From Thermoanaerobaculia bacterium (lineage in GTDB: Bacteria; Acidobacteriota; Thermoanaerobaculia; Multivoradales; UBA5704): a stretch of 64,000 nucleotides of DNA. Below the pieces are notes generated by a model. It was not told where the DNA came from, searched no databases, and was given only the letters and a program-made list of their open reading frames with translations. The position numbers and the translations under genes are program-made. The stretch is taken from positions 1 to 64,000 of the forward strand of contig JBGAGQ010000009.1 of the NCBI GenBank assembly GCA_044226625.1, written 5' to 3'. The number at the start of each line of letters is the position of its first letter. Within the stretch, counting starts at the first letter, position 1. Below, piece after piece: positions 1 through 10,271 of this stretch.

Positions 1-918
1 GTCCCCGAAAGGCGCGGCGGTGAAGGCGGCCGCCGGATAGGCCCGCGTGGTGTGGACATCGATCGCGAGGTCGTTCAACACGTTGGGCATCTTGCCGACG
101 GTGGACAGACTGAGCGAGCCGAGGCGATAGGGGCCCCCGGCTTTCCGGTCGGCGAGCATCTTGCCGTAGAAGGGCAGCTCAATCCACGCCGTACCGGCTT
201 TCAAGTCGGCGCTCGCCTGCGCGACGCCGAGCGGCTCGCCGGTGGCGCCGTAGAGCGTCCCTTCCAGATGGAACCGGCCGGCGGCGAGGACCTCCACCTC
301 GGCCGCGACGATCAGGCTGCCGGCGCGGACCTCGTCGCGGAATCGACCCGTCGCGTTGGCGCCCGGCTTTCCGTAGAGGAATCCTCCCGCGGCCTGCCGC
401 GGCTCGCCTTTCTCGGTGGTCGCGAGAACTTTCACCAAGTAACTGTCGCCCGCGCCGGGCGAGATGCGCCGGCCCGGCCACCGAGCGGACCAAACGCCGT
501 CGCCCGCCGCCGCGTCCGGCGCGATCCCGTCGTCGCGATACTGGACCGTTCCCACCGAGTTTCCTCCGCCGTCGACGAGGTCTGCGGTGATCACCAGCGC
601 GGGAACTTTCCGGCCGGCCGTTTCGAGCGAAGCGAAGAGATCGACCGGCCGCGGCGCCTCGTAGCTGATGGCCGAGCTCCAGACGACGAGTGCGGGTGCC
701 GCGCCCTCCGGACCGGCCAGCGAGATGCGCGACGGGGCGCGGTCGGAACGAATCGGATCGGCGTCGCCCGCGGCGAGCGAGCGCGAGCTCGGCGGATAGG
801 CCGCCTGCGCACGATAGAGGCGGGCGGCGTCGAGCGCGAGGTTCGCTTCTTGAGCGCTCGCGACGGCGGCCGGAACGAGGAGGGCGAGGAGAGCGGCGGC
901 TTGTGCGATTCGGTTCAT
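1..918 (-). CDS. Exported protein with DDGxxxDxxAGDGVWS (choice-of-anchor X-like) motif; partial, runs off the window start
   Basis: Absent from the ORF track because it has no stop in the window. Hand translation from ATG at 918 (AGGAG RBS upstream) is open to position 1: MNRIAQAAALLALLVPAAVASA signal peptide, YRDDGIAPDAAAGDGVWSARW, later LPFYGKMLADRKAGGPYRL. Confidence 0.8.
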   Translation of the reverse strand, partial: MNRIAQAAALLALLVPAAVASAQEANLALDAARLYRAQAAYPPSSRSLAAGDADPIRSDRAPSRISLAGPEGAAPALVVWSSAISYEAPRPVDLFASLETAGRKVPALVITADLVDGGGNSVGTVQYRDDGIAPDAAAGDGVWSARWPGRRISPGAGDSYLVKVLATTEKGEPRQAAGGFLYGKPGANATGRFRDEVRAGSLIVAAEVEVLAAGRFHLEGTLYGATGEPLGVAQASADLKAGTAWIELPFYGKMLADRKAGGPYRLGSLSLSTVGKMPNVLNDLAIDVHTTRAYPAAAFTAAPFGD

Positions 919-934
919 GTCTCTCTCCTCTCGC

Positions 935-1957
935 CTAGTACAGGATGCTGACGAACTGCGCGGTGGTCATCGCGCTCTGGACCGTGGTGTTCGGCGCGCA
1001 CGGCGTGCCGCTGCAGGTCCAGATGCCGCCCGGAATCGCTTTCCGCACGTCGGAGTCGCTGTCGTCGCGCTCGTCGCTGTGGTTTTCATGACAGCCGTCC
1101 AGGTTGCGGAAGTTGGCCGATTCCTGCTTGCTCGAATTGCCGCAAACGTTGCCATTGTCATAGCTCGCGGTCGCGCTCCCGTTGCACGCGAAGATCGAGG
1201 CGTATTGGACGACGCCGTCGTCCTCTCCGTTCAGGCAGGCGCTCGCGCCGAAGATCGCCTCATACCCACCGGTGAGGTAGACCAGCTTCGAGGGGGCGTT
1301 CGAGAACGTCTTGACCTGGACCGAATCGGCGCTCCGCAGCCAGTTGGTCGCGTCGTCGCAGCTCTGGATGAAGCCCGCGATGAAATTGCAGAGGAAGTTC
1401 GAGCCACCGCAGACCGCGTCGGCACCCTGGGAACCGCGGTGCGCGCCGCCGGTCGTGATCACCAGGCCGATCCGCTGGGAGGCCACGTCGAACGGTCCGG
1501 TCATGTTGAAATTCGGGTCCGAGGCGTCGTCGTTGCCCAGGATGAAATCCATCACCGCGCCGCCCATGCTGTGGGCGACCACCCAGAACGTTCCGCCTTG
1601 GGCGAAGGTCTTCGCGCAGCGATGGCCGCCTCCGTCCGCTCCTCCGTTCGTCGCGTTGACGATCTCGTTCGAGACCTCGCCGGCCGACTGCGCCTCCCAA
1701 TAGGGGCGTGTGCCGTTGTAGCCCACGACGTAGTAGGGCGTGGCGAAATTCTTGGTGGCGGTACGCACGAAGTCGCGCGAGCCGTTCACCCAGTAGTTCC
1801 GGGCCGACGTGTAGCTCGTGAAGGTGTTGGTGTCCGTTTGTTTGCCGTGGACGAAGATCAGACAGGGCTGGGCGAAGGCGGCGCTCGCCGCCAACGCCCA
1901 CCCGCAGATCGCCAAGGCGAGCGGGGCGGAAAGACGACCTCTCTTCCGGTTCGGCAT
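935..1957 (-). CDS. Secreted alpha/beta-hydrolase (lipase/esterase-like), Cys-rich
   Basis: Signal peptide ending AFA; FVHG oxyanion strand; AHSMGG nucleophile elbow; DDGVV acidic motif; late His residues; GAGGAG RBS. Confidence 0.8.
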   Translation of the reverse strand: MPNRKRGRLSAPLALAICGWALAASAAFAQPCLIFVHGKQTDTNTFTSYTSARNYWVNGSRDFVRTATKNFATPYYVVGYNGTRPYWEAQSAGEVSNEIVNATNGGADGGGHRCAKTFAQGGTFWVVAHSMGGAVMDFILGNDDASDPNFNMTGPFDVASQRIGLVITTGGAHRGSQGADAVCGGSNFLCNFIAGFIQSCDDATNWLRSADSVQVKTFSNAPSKLVYLTGGYEAIFGASACLNGEDDGVVQYASIFACNGSATASYDNGNVCGNSSKQESANFRNLDGCHENHSDERDDSDSDVRKAIPGGIWTCSGTPCAPNTTVQSAMTTAQFVSILY

Positions 1958-2037
1958 GGAACTCTCCTCTTCTTGGGGAAACCGCTATTACCCCAAAGGT
2001 GCCTGTCGATCCGCGAAGCGCGCTCCGAACTGCGAGC

Positions 2038-3912
2038 CTAGTCGGCGAGCCGCCGCGGCGGCTCGATGCCGAGGAAGGACGACGCGATCGGCGCGACCTC
2101 CGTGTTCTTGAGCTCGCCGAGCGGGCGCTTCGAGACGCCGCGCCCGATCTCCAGGAAGATCCCCGCGAGCCGCCGATCGCCGACGCCGTTCCCCCGGTAG
2201 AAATGGCCGTGCATGCCGTACACGTCGGTCGGTCCGCCGACTGCGCCGCCCGGCAGCGGCCATTCGGCGAACGTGACGCCCGGACGAGCGAATAGCACGA
2301 GGTCGCCGCTGTTGGGATGATCGAGGCCGATCGAGCTCAGCTCGGCGTGCTCGAAGATCCGGTCGACCACGCGGTGCCCGTCGACCTGGACGCGCGAGAG
2401 CTCGCGCCGGAGGAGGGCGAGCAGCCGCGTCCGTTCCTCGGCCTGAAGATCGGGCGCGAGGTAGACGTGGCTCACGCCGCCGTTGCAAATCGCGAGCGCC
2501 TTCGAATGCGAGGGGTCGACCCGGCCGTCCGCTCCGAGCTGCGCCAGCCCCTGCCCCTTCAGGAAGACGTTCGGATCGAACCGGGTCGAGATCGGCGCCA
2601 TCCCGTGGTCGCTCACGAGGATCACCGTCGTCGTGCGCAGATCGACCTTCGCGAGCAGGCGGGCGATGCCCCGATCGGCCGCCTGCCACACCTGCCGGCG
2701 GGCGGCGGCGAAGGCCGCGCCACGCTCGGGCGTATAACCCGGCTGGCGGGGCACTTCGAGCGTCAGCTCGTGACCCGCCTCGTCGATCGTCGGAACGTAG
2801 CCGAGAAGCAGGTCCCAGTCGGAACGGCCCGCCGCCCAGGCGAGGCCGTCATAGAAGAAATCGCTGAAACGGATCGATTGCTCGATCCAGGCGGAGAGAT
2901 CGATACCGGGTTTTCTTTCCCAGGTCGCTTCGTAGGCCTCGTCGTCGGGCGGACCCGGCCAGCGAACTCCGTTTGCCGCGAGCTCTGCCGCGAACGAGGG
3001 AGGATAGGCCTTGTCGGCGAACTCGGCGCCCAGATAGAGGCGGACCCGCGAGAGGTCGGGCGCGAGCTCTTGGAGCAGGAGCCAGGAGGCGGTCGGTCCC
3101 TGCTGGGCGTCGGTCCGGTCGACGCGACACCACCCGCCGGGCGCGATCCGCTCGGGCGCGGCCCCGTCCGGTACGGTCGGCGTCGCCCAGAGTGCGTCGA
3201 ACGTCTCCTTTCCGTCGTCTCGGGTATCGATCGCGATCAATTGGAACGAGCGTCCGTCGCCTTCGCCGGCTCCCTGGACCGTGACCGCGCGGGCGGGACC
3301 GAAATGAGACGGTAGACCGGGCGGAAGTCGCTCCCCTTCGACCGGCTGGAACGAGGAAGCCTGGAGGTCGATCGTCGTCGAGGGATGGAGCTTCCCGACG
3401 TAGGTGAGCCCCCAGTCCGCCCGGCGCCGAGGTCCGGTGTCATCCGCCCCGGGAAACGTCCAGACTCCCGTCCGCTTACCCTGCCGGCGCGCCGCCTCCC
3501 ACAGGGTCTCCGTGCCGATCGGCGCGGCGAAGCCGCTCGCCCGCTCGCCCCAAGGCGTCCCCGCCGGGTGGAAGTTGTTGCTCACGATCCCGGTCGCCCC
3601 CGGAGGGAAACCGGTCGCGAGCGTGATGTGGTTTACCGCGGTGAGCGTCGGCACGACCGGAGTGAGCGAATCGGCGACCACGCCCTGCTCGAAGAATCGC
3701 GCGAAGCCGCCGGCTCTGAGCTCCCCCTGGCGATAGCGGCGATGGAGCTCGGTTGACGACGCTCCGTCGAGCGAGATGAGGATCACCTTGCCCGAGCCGG
3801 TCGACGGCGGAGCGCCTTCGGTGGCGGGAGCGGGGACCGGAACGGTACGGCACGAGGCGAGGAGAAAAGCGGTTGCGAGAACCGCGAGGGGAGCTTTCCT
3901 GTAGCCGAGCAT
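2038..3912 (-). CDS. Alkaline phosphatase superfamily nucleotide pyrophosphatase/phosphodiesterase lipoprotein
   Basis: LLASC lipobox; ISLDG, PTLTxxNH, DEAGH, SDHG and GMHG metal/nucleophile motifs. Start placed at ATG 3912 (CATAAT 7 nt upstream); 3921 is an alternative. Confidence 0.85.
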   Translation of the reverse strand: MLGYRKAPLAVLATAFLLASCRTVPVPAPATEGAPPSTGSGKVILISLDGASSTELHRRYRQGELRAGGFARFFEQGVVADSLTPVVPTLTAVNHITLATGFPPGATGIVSNNFHPAGTPWGERASGFAAPIGTETLWEAARRQGKRTGVWTFPGADDTGPRRRADWGLTYVGKLHPSTTIDLQASSFQPVEGERLPPGLPSHFGPARAVTVQGAGEGDGRSFQLIAIDTRDDGKETFDALWATPTVPDGAAPERIAPGGWCRVDRTDAQQGPTASWLLLQELAPDLSRVRLYLGAEFADKAYPPSFAAELAANGVRWPGPPDDEAYEATWERKPGIDLSAWIEQSIRFSDFFYDGLAWAAGRSDWDLLLGYVPTIDEAGHELTLEVPRQPGYTPERGAAFAAARRQVWQAADRGIARLLAKVDLRTTTVILVSDHGMAPISTRFDPNVFLKGQGLAQLGADGRVDPSHSKALAICNGGVSHVYLAPDLQAEERTRLLALLRRELSRVQVDGHRVVDRIFEHAELSSIGLDHPNSGDLVLFARPGVTFAEWPLPGGAVGGPTDVYGMHGHFYRGNGVGDRRLAGIFLEIGRGVSKRPLGELKNTEVAPIASSFLGIEPPRRLAD

Positions 3913-3981
3913 GAGGGGCATTATGCCCCCGGGGCGCCGGTTCCGGCAGCGGCGAAGCGGTGACGCCTCCAGACGCGCGGC

Positions 3982-4434
3982 CTAGCGTCCGGTCGAGCCG
4001 AACCCTCCGGAACCCCGCTCGCTCGCTTCGAGGGTGTCCACCTCGCGCCACTCGACCGACCCGGCCGCCTCGACCCGGGCGAACACCAACTGGGCGATTC
4101 GGTCGCCGCGCCGGATCGGAAACGGTTCCGCGCCCCAATTGATCAAGATCACCCCCACCTCGCCCCGATAGTCGCTGTCGATCGTCCCCGGGGCGTTCGC
4201 GATTCCGACGCCGTGACGAAGGGCTAGCCCGCTTCGCGGCCGGACTTGGCCTTCCCAACCGGCGGGTATTTCGAGGAAAAGGCCAGTCGGAATCAGCGCG
4301 CGCTCGCCGGGGGCGAGGCTCCGATCCTCGACGACGGCGGCGCGCAGGTCGAACCCGGAGGCGCCGGGCGACGCCGGCGCGGGAGGGGGCAGGTCGCGCG
4401 CTCCCGGAGCGCGCACGAAGCGAACGGTCGGCAA
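3982..4434 (-). CDS. dut: dUTP diphosphatase
   Basis: [29 protein letters not shown] and [10 protein letters not shown] motifs. Confidence 0.97.
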   Translation of the reverse strand: MPTVRFVRAPGARDLPPPAPASPGASGFDLRAAVVEDRSLAPGERALIPTGLFLEIPAGWEGQVRPRSGLALRHGVGIANAPGTIDSDYRGEVGVILINWGAEPFPIRRGDRIAQLVFARVEAAGSVEWREVDTLEASERGSGGFGSTGR

Positions 4435-4444
4435 GGGAGGCGCC

Positions 4445-5344
4445 TCAGGAGGGAGGCGGCTCGTTGGGGTCGGGCGGAAGACCTTCGGGGATGCCGAAAG
4501 CGCCGCCGTCGCCGCCGTTCGGAGGCTGGGGCTCCCGCCCTTGGCCCCCGCGACTGCCGGGCTTCGGTGTGCCGCCGCCGGGAAGCCCTGGCTGCGGGAT
4601 GGGTGAGCTCTGGATTCCGAGCCACTTCGGCCACGGGCGGCCGATCCACCGCAGGCTCTCGCCCTGGGCGACCGGCGCCGCGTTGGGTCCGTTGACTACG
4701 ACGCTCTTCTGTTGGGCGACGAGGAGCCAGCGGAACTGCCAACGGTCGTAACGCTCTTCGCGGTTCCAGATCATCGCCGAACGCTTGCTGCTCCGGCTCG
4801 CCACCCCTTCGATAGGTCCGACCGTGAGCTTTTCCTTCTGCTCGCTCGAAAGGCCGCCGCCGCCTTGGGGATTCGACTCTCCTGGCTCGAGGTCGGTGTC
4901 TCGATCTTTCGGATCGGGGTCCTGGCCGCCCCCCCCGCCCTTCTTCGAGCCGTCGTCGAAGCTTCCGTCTCCCGGACCACCCTCGCCCGGCTGCTGCGGC
5001 GTGATGGTCCCCGGCGGCTGCTGGACGTTCTCGTAGAGGACGCGCCACTTGCCGTCCTCCGTCATCGGGTCTTTCCAAAGCTGACGGATGCAGCGTGGCT
5101 TCGACTCGATCAGCTCTTCGAGGCGAATCGGGGCGCGTTGGAAGCGATTGCGAAAGACGCGGATCGCCTCGGCGTACTGGAGACCGCGGAAGACCAGCTC
5201 CTCCTCCTTGTCGTGCTGGATCATCCGGCTCCAGAGCGGCAGGGAGGCGGCGATGAGGATGTTCATCACCGTGATCGCGACCATCAGGACGACGAGGTTG
5301 TAGCCCGACTCGCGGCCGGCCGTCGAAGCGCTTCGAATTCTCAT
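4445..5344 (-). CDS. Type II secretion pseudopilin-like protein lacking Glu5, with Pro/Gly-rich extensions
   Basis: Class III signal G|[13 protein letters not shown]; [12 protein letters not shown] and [10 protein letters not shown] pseudopilin motifs. Confidence 0.8.
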   Translation of the reverse strand: MRIRSASTAGRESGYNLVVLMVAITVMNILIAASLPLWSRMIQHDKEEELVFRGLQYAEAIRVFRNRFQRAPIRLEELIESKPRCIRQLWKDPMTEDGKWRVLYENVQQPPGTITPQQPGEGGPGDGSFDDGSKKGGGGGQDPDPKDRDTDLEPGESNPQGGGGLSSEQKEKLTVGPIEGVASRSSKRSAMIWNREERYDRWQFRWLLVAQQKSVVVNGPNAAPVAQGESLRWIGRPWPKWLGIQSSPIPQPGLPGGGTPKPGSRGGQGREPQPPNGGDGGAFGIPEGLPPDPNEPPPS

Positions 5345-5368
5345 CGTCGGACCTCCGCGACTCCGCCG

Positions 5369-5800
5369 CTACCAGTCGGCGTACGGCGTACCGTCGAGCG
5401 CCGCCCGCGGCGAGCCCGAATGCACGTCGATGATCCCCGGTCCGTCGCCCGACTCGGTCTCGGCGGGAGGCGCGTCTTGGTCGATCTCTTCGTAGACCAA
5501 CACCCAGGTGTCGTTGCGCTTGGTGGTCGGATCGACCGGAACCTTGCGCAGATAGCCCTTGGTGACCAGCTCCTCGAGCGTCGGGGGATAGTTGCCGCGG
5601 TCGCCGTGATACTGGTCGATCACGTCGCGCATCGTCCGCAGGTTGGTCTTGAGCACCGATTCGTTCGCCCGCGTCGGCACGTTGCGCAAGGCGGGCATCG
5701 CGATCGTCGCGAGAATGCCGATGATCGCGATCACGATGATCAGCTCGAGCAGGGTGAAGCCGGATTGTCTCCGGGCGCGGATTCGGGTTTCGATCTTCAT
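5369..5800 (-). CDS. Type II secretion pseudopilin (GspG-like)
   Basis: Start MKIETR at 5800; G|FTLLELIIV N-methylation motif; YPPTLEELV..GYLRKVPVDP. Confidence 0.9.
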   Translation of the reverse strand: MKIETRIRARRQSGFTLLELIIVIAIIGILATIAMPALRNVPTRANESVLKTNLRTMRDVIDQYHGDRGNYPPTLEELVTKGYLRKVPVDPTTKRNDTWVLVYEEIDQDAPPAETESGDGPGIIDVHSGSPRAALDGTPYADW

Positions 5801-5808
5801 CAGCCGGC

Positions 5809-6288
5809 CTACCACTTGCGGTACGGAACTCCGTTGAGCCCCACTCCCTCGGAGAGGGAATATACGTCGTATACGTTTTCGCCGCCCCAGGACGTCGTGT
5901 CCGGTTTGTCCTGGTAGCTGCGGAGACCCCACTCGTCCTTGCCGGTCATCGGATCGACCGGAAGCCGACGCAGGAACTTCACCTTCTTGTTGATCTGGCC
6001 GACGATGTCGACTCCGTCGACCAAGATCTCGAGCTTCTTCGGGTAGCCGTCGGTATTGAGGTCGACCGGGATCAGCCCCGAATCGCTATATCGCTTGTAC
6101 TCGTCGATCGCGAAGCGCATTTCGCGCAGGTGCTGTCGGAGGTCGAGCTCCTTGCTGCGCTTGCTCGCGAATTTCGCGATCGGCAAGGTCGCCGCCGCCA
6201 GGATGGCGAGGACCGCGGCCACGGTGACCAACTCGGCCAGCGTGAACCCTGCGGCTTTACCCCCTCGATTGCGAACGGCTTCACGCAT
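5809..6288 (-). CDS. Type II secretion pseudopilin (GspG-like)
   Basis: G|FTLAELV motif; FLRRLPVDPMTG; DVYSLS..VGLNGVPY.W tail; GAGG RBS. Confidence 0.9.
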   Translation of the reverse strand: MREAVRNRGGKAAGFTLAELVTVAAVLAILAAATLPIAKFASKRSKELDLRQHLREMRFAIDEYKRYSDSGLIPVDLNTDGYPKKLEILVDGVDIVGQINKKVKFLRRLPVDPMTGKDEWGLRSYQDKPDTTSWGGENVYDVYSLSEGVGLNGVPYRKW

Positions 6289-6311
6289 GATCGGCCTCCT
6301 CGACGTCCTCC

Positions 6312-8992
6312 TCAGTGCGTGGCTCCGGCGGCGCCGCGGCCGGCGGGAGCGCCGCTCGCGGCGGCGTCGCGCGACGGCAGGGCCGCTCGCGGCGCGGGCG
6401 GCACCAGATTCGGCTCGCGCTCACGGCCTCCTCGCCCGTCGCCGCCCTCCGCGGGGTCGCCCGCGCCTACCGACACCGCCGCGGACCGCAAGCGGACCGG
6501 TCCGATCTGGCGGAGCGCGGTGTCCTGGGCCACGCCCTGGACGAAGGAGATCGTCGACTCCCCTTCGCCGATCGCCCGGAAGACGATGCGCGCCACGGTA
6601 CCCGAGCCCGCAACTCCGGGGCCCGTGCCGAGCTGGCTGGCGCCGAGCACCAGCTCGCCGGCGTGAGAGCTATCGGAAAGAACTTGCGAGCGCGACGGAT
6701 CGCCCAGGAAATCGCCCGCCTCGACCCGCTCGACGCGCAGGACCGCGGGATCGAAGCGGAGCGTCACCGGCAGGTGGCCGACCGGAACGAGCGCCGCCAC
6801 GTCGAGAGTCAGCGTCAGCCGGTCGCCCTGGCGAACCTCCGCCCGCTCGGGCAGGAGCGACATCCGCACGGCCGGCTCTCCATTGTTCGAGGCGCCGGTG
6901 ATGCCCGCCGGGGCTTCCGCGGCGGCCGAAGCGGCTCCGCTGTCTGCGGCTGCCGCGAGCGACGCGAGCGACGACTCGCCCTCCGCGCCCTTCCTGCGGG
7001 CGAGCAGGACGCGCTGCCCATCGGCAGAGAGGGCGGCCGCGATCAGCTCATCCGCCTGCCTCTCGATCGCCGAGAGGCCCTGGGGCGGCGGGACCTCCTC
7101 GGCGGGAGGCTCCTTGGTGTCCGGCTGTTTGAAGATGTCGGTCGGTCCGGTCGGAGTCGGCGTGAACTGCGGCGGCTGCGCCGGCTGGACCTGCGGCTGG
7201 TCCTGCGGTACGGCGACGCCGGCGAGCCCCTGCGCCGAGTCCTCGGGACGGAGCCCGCGCGGCAGCTGCTGGAGGCGACGTCGGATCACGTCCTGGATCT
7301 CTTCCGGCGTGCCGGCGTCGCCGTCGAACGGCCCGTCCTGGGTCCCTTCGATGCGCGGGCTACCGCCGCGGAAGGAGATGTTCGCCTCGGTTCCGACCCA
7401 GATCGGCAAGAGATCGTCCTCCGTGATCTCGGCGTTACGGATGATGTGGGGCGTCAGCGTCAGGATCACGTCCTGGCGCTGGTTCTCGCCCTTCTTATTC
7501 GAGAACAAGCGGCCGAGCACGGGGATTTCGGACAGGCCCGGAATGCCACTTTCCGACGACTTCTCGTCCGTGCGCAGGAGGCCCGCGAGGAAGTTCGTCT
7601 CGCCGTCCTTCAAGCGGATCTTGGTGTCGATCGTCCGGGTGCCGATGACCGGCTGGGTCTGGCCCCCCGCCGCCTGGATCTCGCGGCTGATGTCGGAGAC
7701 CTCGACCTTCACCTTGAGGGTGACCTCCCGGTTGTGGTGGACGCGCGGCTCGATGTCGAGCTTGATGCCCACGTCCTGGTACTGGAACGAGGTGATCGGC
7801 GCCGTGATCAGGCCGCCCTGGCCGGGGGTCTGCGCGGAGAACTGGGTGAGCGGAATCGGCACGCGGTCGCCGATCACCAGGCTCGCCTTCTCCCCTTCCG
7901 AGATCCGCAGCTGGGGCTTGGCGAGCAGTTGGGCGTCGCTGTTGGTCTTGACGAAGTTGTAGATGAAATTGGGGATCGTGAGCACCCAGTTGCTCTGGTT
8001 CAGGTACTGGAGGTCGGACAGGCGCAGCTTCGGCGCCGTCGTACCCGTGCCCCCGAGATCGAGGCTCTGGGTGATCGAGGTCGAGCTGAGTGCCATGCCG
8101 AGCTCGCGCAAGCGGCCGGTGTTGACCTGGAGGAGCTCGACGTCGATCACCACCTCGGCCTTCGACTTGTCGTTCGCCTCGATGATCTTCTCCGCCACCT
8201 TCACCTTGTCCGCCGTGTCGCGCAGGATGATCGCGTTCAGACCCTCGTTGGTCGCGATCTTCCGCGCGTCGATTAGGCTGCGCAGGATGGTCGTCATGTC
8301 CTTGACGTCCGCGTTCGACAGGAAGAAGGTCTGGATGACGAGATCCTCGTAGGTCCGCCGGTTCTGCGGCGTATCGGCGGCGATCAGGATCGTCGCCTCG
8401 TCGAGCACCTTGTAGAAGTGTCCGGCCGAGCGCATCAGGACCTCGAGCGCGTTCTGGGCGGTGACGTCCTTGAGCTCGATCGCGATCTCCTGGTCTTTCA
8501 GGTTCGGGTCGAACAGGACGTTGATGCCGTAGGCCTTGGCGAGCGCGCGGTAGATGTCGAAGATCGACACCGGCTGCGGGAAATCGAGCGAGATCGGCTG
8601 GTTGCTGCGCGGGTTGAGCTGCGGCGGCTGCGGCCGCGCGCCCCGGTTCTTCGCCTTGAGCTCGTCGAGTGTCGGCGCATCCTTGTTCTGCGCCGCGATC
8701 GCCCGGCGGACGCTCTCGAGCTCGGCCTGGGCGTACTGGTTGGTCGGATCGAGCTGGACCGCCTGCTGGAGCTCGATCAGCGAGCGGTCGAGCACTCCGG
8801 CCGAGCGGAAATCCTTCCCCTTTTTGAAATGCTCCTGGGAAGCCCGGATCTTCGCGCGCAGAAGATCGGTCCGGATGCTCAGGTTCGACGGGTCCCGTTC
8901 GAGCGCCTTCAGATAGGCGACCACGGCGTCGTCCCAACGGCCGAGCTGGGACGCGATCTCCGCCTCCCGATAGTTTCGGTAGCTCGTCGCAT
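6312..8992 (-). CDS. gspD: Secretin (GspD/PilQ family) with N-terminal TPR and C-terminal cohesin-like domain; 5' end apparently disrupted
   Basis: Secretin N domains; LLAKPQLRISEGEKASLVIGDRVPI, QYQDVGIKLDIEP and IPGLSEIPVLGRLF motifs; cohesin-like LRFDPAVL...GSGTVARIVFRAIG. The RBS-linked ATG at 8992 is out of frame with the body (first in-frame start GTG 8924). Confidence 0.9.
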
Positions 8993-9018
8993 CGCGTGCT
9001 CCTAGAGTTTTTAGACGC

Positions 9019-9606
9019 TCAACGACCGATCGCCAGACGGAACGCCGGCAGGTCGGGGAATTCGAGGTATTGGATGTCGACCGACTCGTAGCCGATCTTC
9101 GCCAAGCGGAACTTGACGAGGATCACGTCGCCCTCCCGGGCGTTGACGATCGCCTTGCCGTCGGAGAAGGCGGCGATCGGCCGGCTCTTCGGGCCGAAGC
9201 TGCCAAGGTAGCGGAACGTGAACTTCGGAGGCTTCGGTTTCGCGGCCTCTTCGAGCGCCAGGCGCTGCCGTTCCGCGGCCTCCCGCGCCGCCTGCTCCAG
9301 GGCCAGGCGCTCCCGCTCGAGCTCCTCCTTGGTCGGTTTGTGCGGCGGCGGCGGCGGTGGCGGAGGCGCCACGTAGAAGCGCCAGGGATCGCGTCCCACC
9401 GCGGAGGTATGCGGCGGGCGTTCGAGGGAGCCCATCGCGAGCTCCGCCACGGCGTCAGGCGTTTCGGCCGCGGCCAGCGCCGCGGAACCCGCTCCCGGCG
9501 CCGGGCCGAGCGAGTCGCCGCCGCTCCAGGGCACATAACGCACCGCCAGGACGATCAGGAGGATGGCGAGGAGGGCGAGCATCCAGCGCTGCCGGTCCAT
9601 GCTCAT
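9019..9606 (-). CDS. Membrane-anchored PilP/GspC-position accessory protein of the secretion cluster
   Basis: N-terminal TM, RDPW + poly-Pro, C-terminal small beta domain (FRYLGSFG...IVNAREGD); lies between pilO-like and the secretin. Confidence 0.65.
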   Translation of the reverse strand: MSMDRQRWMLALLAILLIVLAVRYVPWSGGDSLGPAPGAGSAALAAAETPDAVAELAMGSLERPPHTSAVGRDPWRFYVAPPPPPPPPHKPTKEELERERLALEQAAREAAERQRLALEEAAKPKPPKFTFRYLGSFGPKSRPIAAFSDGKAIVNAREGDVILVKFRLAKIGYESVDIQYLEFPDLPAFRLAIGR

Positions 9607-10271
9607 TCGTCACCTCCGCCTTCGCCCGGCTTCTGGGGCGCGGGGGCCGAGGCCGCCGGCTTGGGGCTCGGGGTGGCCGTTCGCGCGGTCACCGCGAACG
9701 GGTTGTTCTCGTCCAGGGCGAACAGGGTCGACAGCTTCAGATCCATCTGCAGCTCCCCGGCGGTTTCGTCCTCCGTCGAGGCGAGGTCCACGCCGTCCAG
9801 GGTGACGAACGACGGCGTCGTCTCGAGCAGGTCGAAGAAGCGACGAAGGGAGAGGTAGCTGCCGCCTACCGAGAAGACGAACGACCGGCGCACCAGGCCG
9901 AAGTCGTCGATCCGCTCCTCCGGATAGGTGATCTCTTTCGGGTCCAGACCCGCCTTCTTCGCCAGGTCCTGGACCTCGGCGATGATCTGGGTCAGACGGC
10001 GTTTGCGGGTTGAGAAACGGTCCTGATAGAGCTGGCGGATCCCCGCCCGGCTGGCCCGCGCCCGTTCGACGCCGGCGGCCGCCGCGTGCTCCTTTTCGAC
10101 CATCCGCGCAAGCTCGCCGCGCTCCGCCGCGAGCCGCTCCTCGAGCGCGCCGACCCGGTCGGCGTAGCCCAGTCGATAGACCGCCCAGGCGATCAGGTTG
10201 ACGAGGAAGAAGACCAGCACGGGAGCCCAGATCCAGGCTCGCTCGCGCCAGACGCGATCCGGGCTCTTCAT
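9603..10271 (-). CDS. pilO: PilO/GspM-like protein
   Basis: TM + coiled coil + GSYLSLRRFFDLLE ferredoxin-like motif; 4-bp overlaps with neighbours. Confidence 0.75.
   Translation of the reverse strand: MKSPDRVWRERAWIWAPVLVFFLVNLIAWAVYRLGYADRVGALEERLAAERGELARMVEKEHAAAAGVERARASRAGIRQLYQDRFSTRKRRLTQIIAEVQDLAKKAGLDPKEITYPEERIDDFGLVRRSFVFSVGGSYLSLRRFFDLLETTPSFVTLDGVDLASTEDETAGELQMDLKLSTLFALDENNPFAVTARTATPSPKPAASAPAPQKPGEGGGDE

Noticed and set aside
52-951. Plus-strand 299-aa ORF at the window start
   Set aside because: Antisense to a better-supported minus-strand exported protein gene with RBS and signal peptide.
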